Source: Parcubacteria group bacterium Gr01-1014_8
GTDB taxonomy: Bacteria > Patescibacteriota > Minisyncoccia > Phycocordibacterales > UBA2100
Assembly (NCBI GenBank): GCA_007376385.1
Contig: VMGC01000001.1
Coordinates: 160,001 to 224,000, forward strand
Direction: 5' to 3'
Length of the DNA: 64,000 nucleotides
The position numbers were made by a program, and so were the translations under genes. Numbering within the stretch: position 1 is the stretch's first letter; each line of letters starts with the position of its first letter. This document shows positions 62,788 to 64,000 of the stretch, piece by piece. Under the pieces are notes generated by a model. It did no database searches. It was not told the DNA's origin and was given only the letters and a program-made list of their open reading frames with translations.

Positions 62788-64000
62788 GATACAGCGGGCA
62801 TTACTTTCGGTCTACGACAAAACCGGGCTCGTTCCGTTTGCGGAAGTATTGCACGAAGCCGGAATAGAACTCATCTCCACCGGCGGCACCGCGAAAACGC
62901 TCAAGGAAGCGGGTCTACCCGTCATAGAACTGGGCGTTTATACGGACTATCCGGAGATGTTCGGGGGTCGAGTCAAAACATTGCACCCAAAAATTCACGG
63001 CGGGCTTCTCTATATTCGAGGGAATGCAGAACATGAGAAGATTGCAAAAGAAAACGGCATCGGACCAATTGATCTTGTTGTGGTGAATTTGTATCCATTT
63101 GAGAATATTGCCGCGAAGCAAGACGCAACATCTGAAGAAATCATCGAGAATATAGACATTGGCGGTCCCTCGATGATACGCAGCGGTTCAAAAAATCACG
63201 CATCTGTCACAGTCGTCGTCGATCCTGCAGATTATTCTTCTGTTGCGGAAGAGATACAGAAAAATGGAGAGGTCTCGTTTGAACGTCGCCGCGAACTTGC
63301 CGGAAAAGCATTTTCCCGCACCGCCGCTTATGATTCCGCCATCGCCTCCCACTTTAATAACCGACATCGTATGTCGGTCATTTCGGACACATCCGGCGCA
63401 CTTTCGATACATGCTCTGCTCGTTCAAACGCTTCGCTATGGAGAGAATCCGCACCAAAAAGCGGCTCTCTACGGAAAATTCAACGACTATTACAAACAAC
63501 TGCACGGCAAAGAACTTTCATACAACAATATTCTCGATTTGACTGCAGCCGCAGAACTTATCCACGAATTCAAAACGGACGAACCGACCATCGCGATTCT
63601 TAAGCACAACAACCCGTGCGGAGTCGGGCAGGCATCCTCGCTTCGCGAAGCGTGGGATAAAGCGTTTGCGACGGACAAGCAAGCTCCGTTTGGAGGCATT
63701 ATTGCTTCGAATGTGATTATGGATGGCGACACTGCGTCGGCTATTGCCGAATTATTCAGCGAGGTCGTAGTTGCCCCGGATTTTACACATGATGCACTCA
63801 TCATACTGCAGACAAAAAAGAATTTGCGCCTTATTAAGGTGCTAAAAGATATAACTTCCGGCTCGCCATGGCGAGTACGAAGTGTTGGACCGGATACGTA
63901 TGTCTCGCAGGAAGCAGATTTGCATGAACTAAAGGAGAACGATGTAAAAATTGTGACGAAACGTGCGCCAACGCCGGAAGACATGAAGGCACTTCTTTTT
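62774..64000 (+). CDS. purH: bifunctional AICAR transformylase/IMP cyclohydrolase (3' end truncated by the window edge)
   Basis: Translation from the ATG at 62774 reads [43 protein letters not shown]...[10 protein letters not shown]..., an MGS-like IMP cyclohydrolase domain followed by the AICARFT domain. The ORF is still open at position 64000. Confidence 0.85.
   Translation, partial: [409 protein letters not shown]

Overview
This 64-kb window is dominated by translation and housekeeping genes, a large cell-envelope gene island, and a 23S-5S rRNA locus carrying four group I introns. Its gene content and organisation look like a Candidate Phyla Radiation (Patescibacteria/Parcubacteria-type) genome. 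The genetic code is standard: TGA terminates argS and ileS. Clearly supported genes are: argS (5' partial), ileS, recO, a HAD hydrolase, glyQS, an AI-2E transporter, metG, tatD, the rpsF-ssb-rpsR operon, efp, a GNAT acetyltransferase, recA and ftsK on the minus strand, rplJ-rplL, a DUF1704-like putative zincin peptidase convergent with a glutathionylspermidine-synthase-like ATP-grasp ligase, two stand-alone class-I glutamine amidotransferase-like genes, a SEDS protein (FtsW/RodA), a glycosylation cassette (GT4, polyprenyl-phosphate sugar transferase, two SDR epimerases), folD and purH (3' partial). The envelope island (about 23.0-36.2 kb) holds a 1118-aa Ser/Thr-rich surface protein with an N-terminal peptidoglycan-binding domain, TPR proteins, an O-antigen-ligase/TPR fusion, secreted repeat proteins and a secreted LCAT/PGAP1-like alpha/beta-hydrolase. 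The 23S rRNA gene (about 42.58-47.94 kb) has no 16S adjacent. Three of its four introns are packed into the H69-H71 region and separated by micro-exons of 12 and 8 nt. One intron has an intact LAGLIDADG homing endonuclease, one has a double-motif LAGLIDADG gene split by an in-frame TAA, and two carry decayed ORF remnants. The findings judged most worth a second look are as follows. IleRS carries a complete PGAM-like histidine-phosphatase domain in its connective region. Two SD-driven genes for small hydrophobic peptides, each with its own terminator, sit where rpoB would normally follow rplL. A conserved ~88-bp element occurs both in the 23S-5S spacer and fused in frame upstream of folD. There are two ORF-free, hairpin/terminator-rich regions (about 0.76 kb at 22.3-23.0 kb and about 1 kb at 52.3-53.3 kb) that probably hold structured RNAs I could not classify by eye. 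No CRISPR array, tRNA or transposase was recognised.
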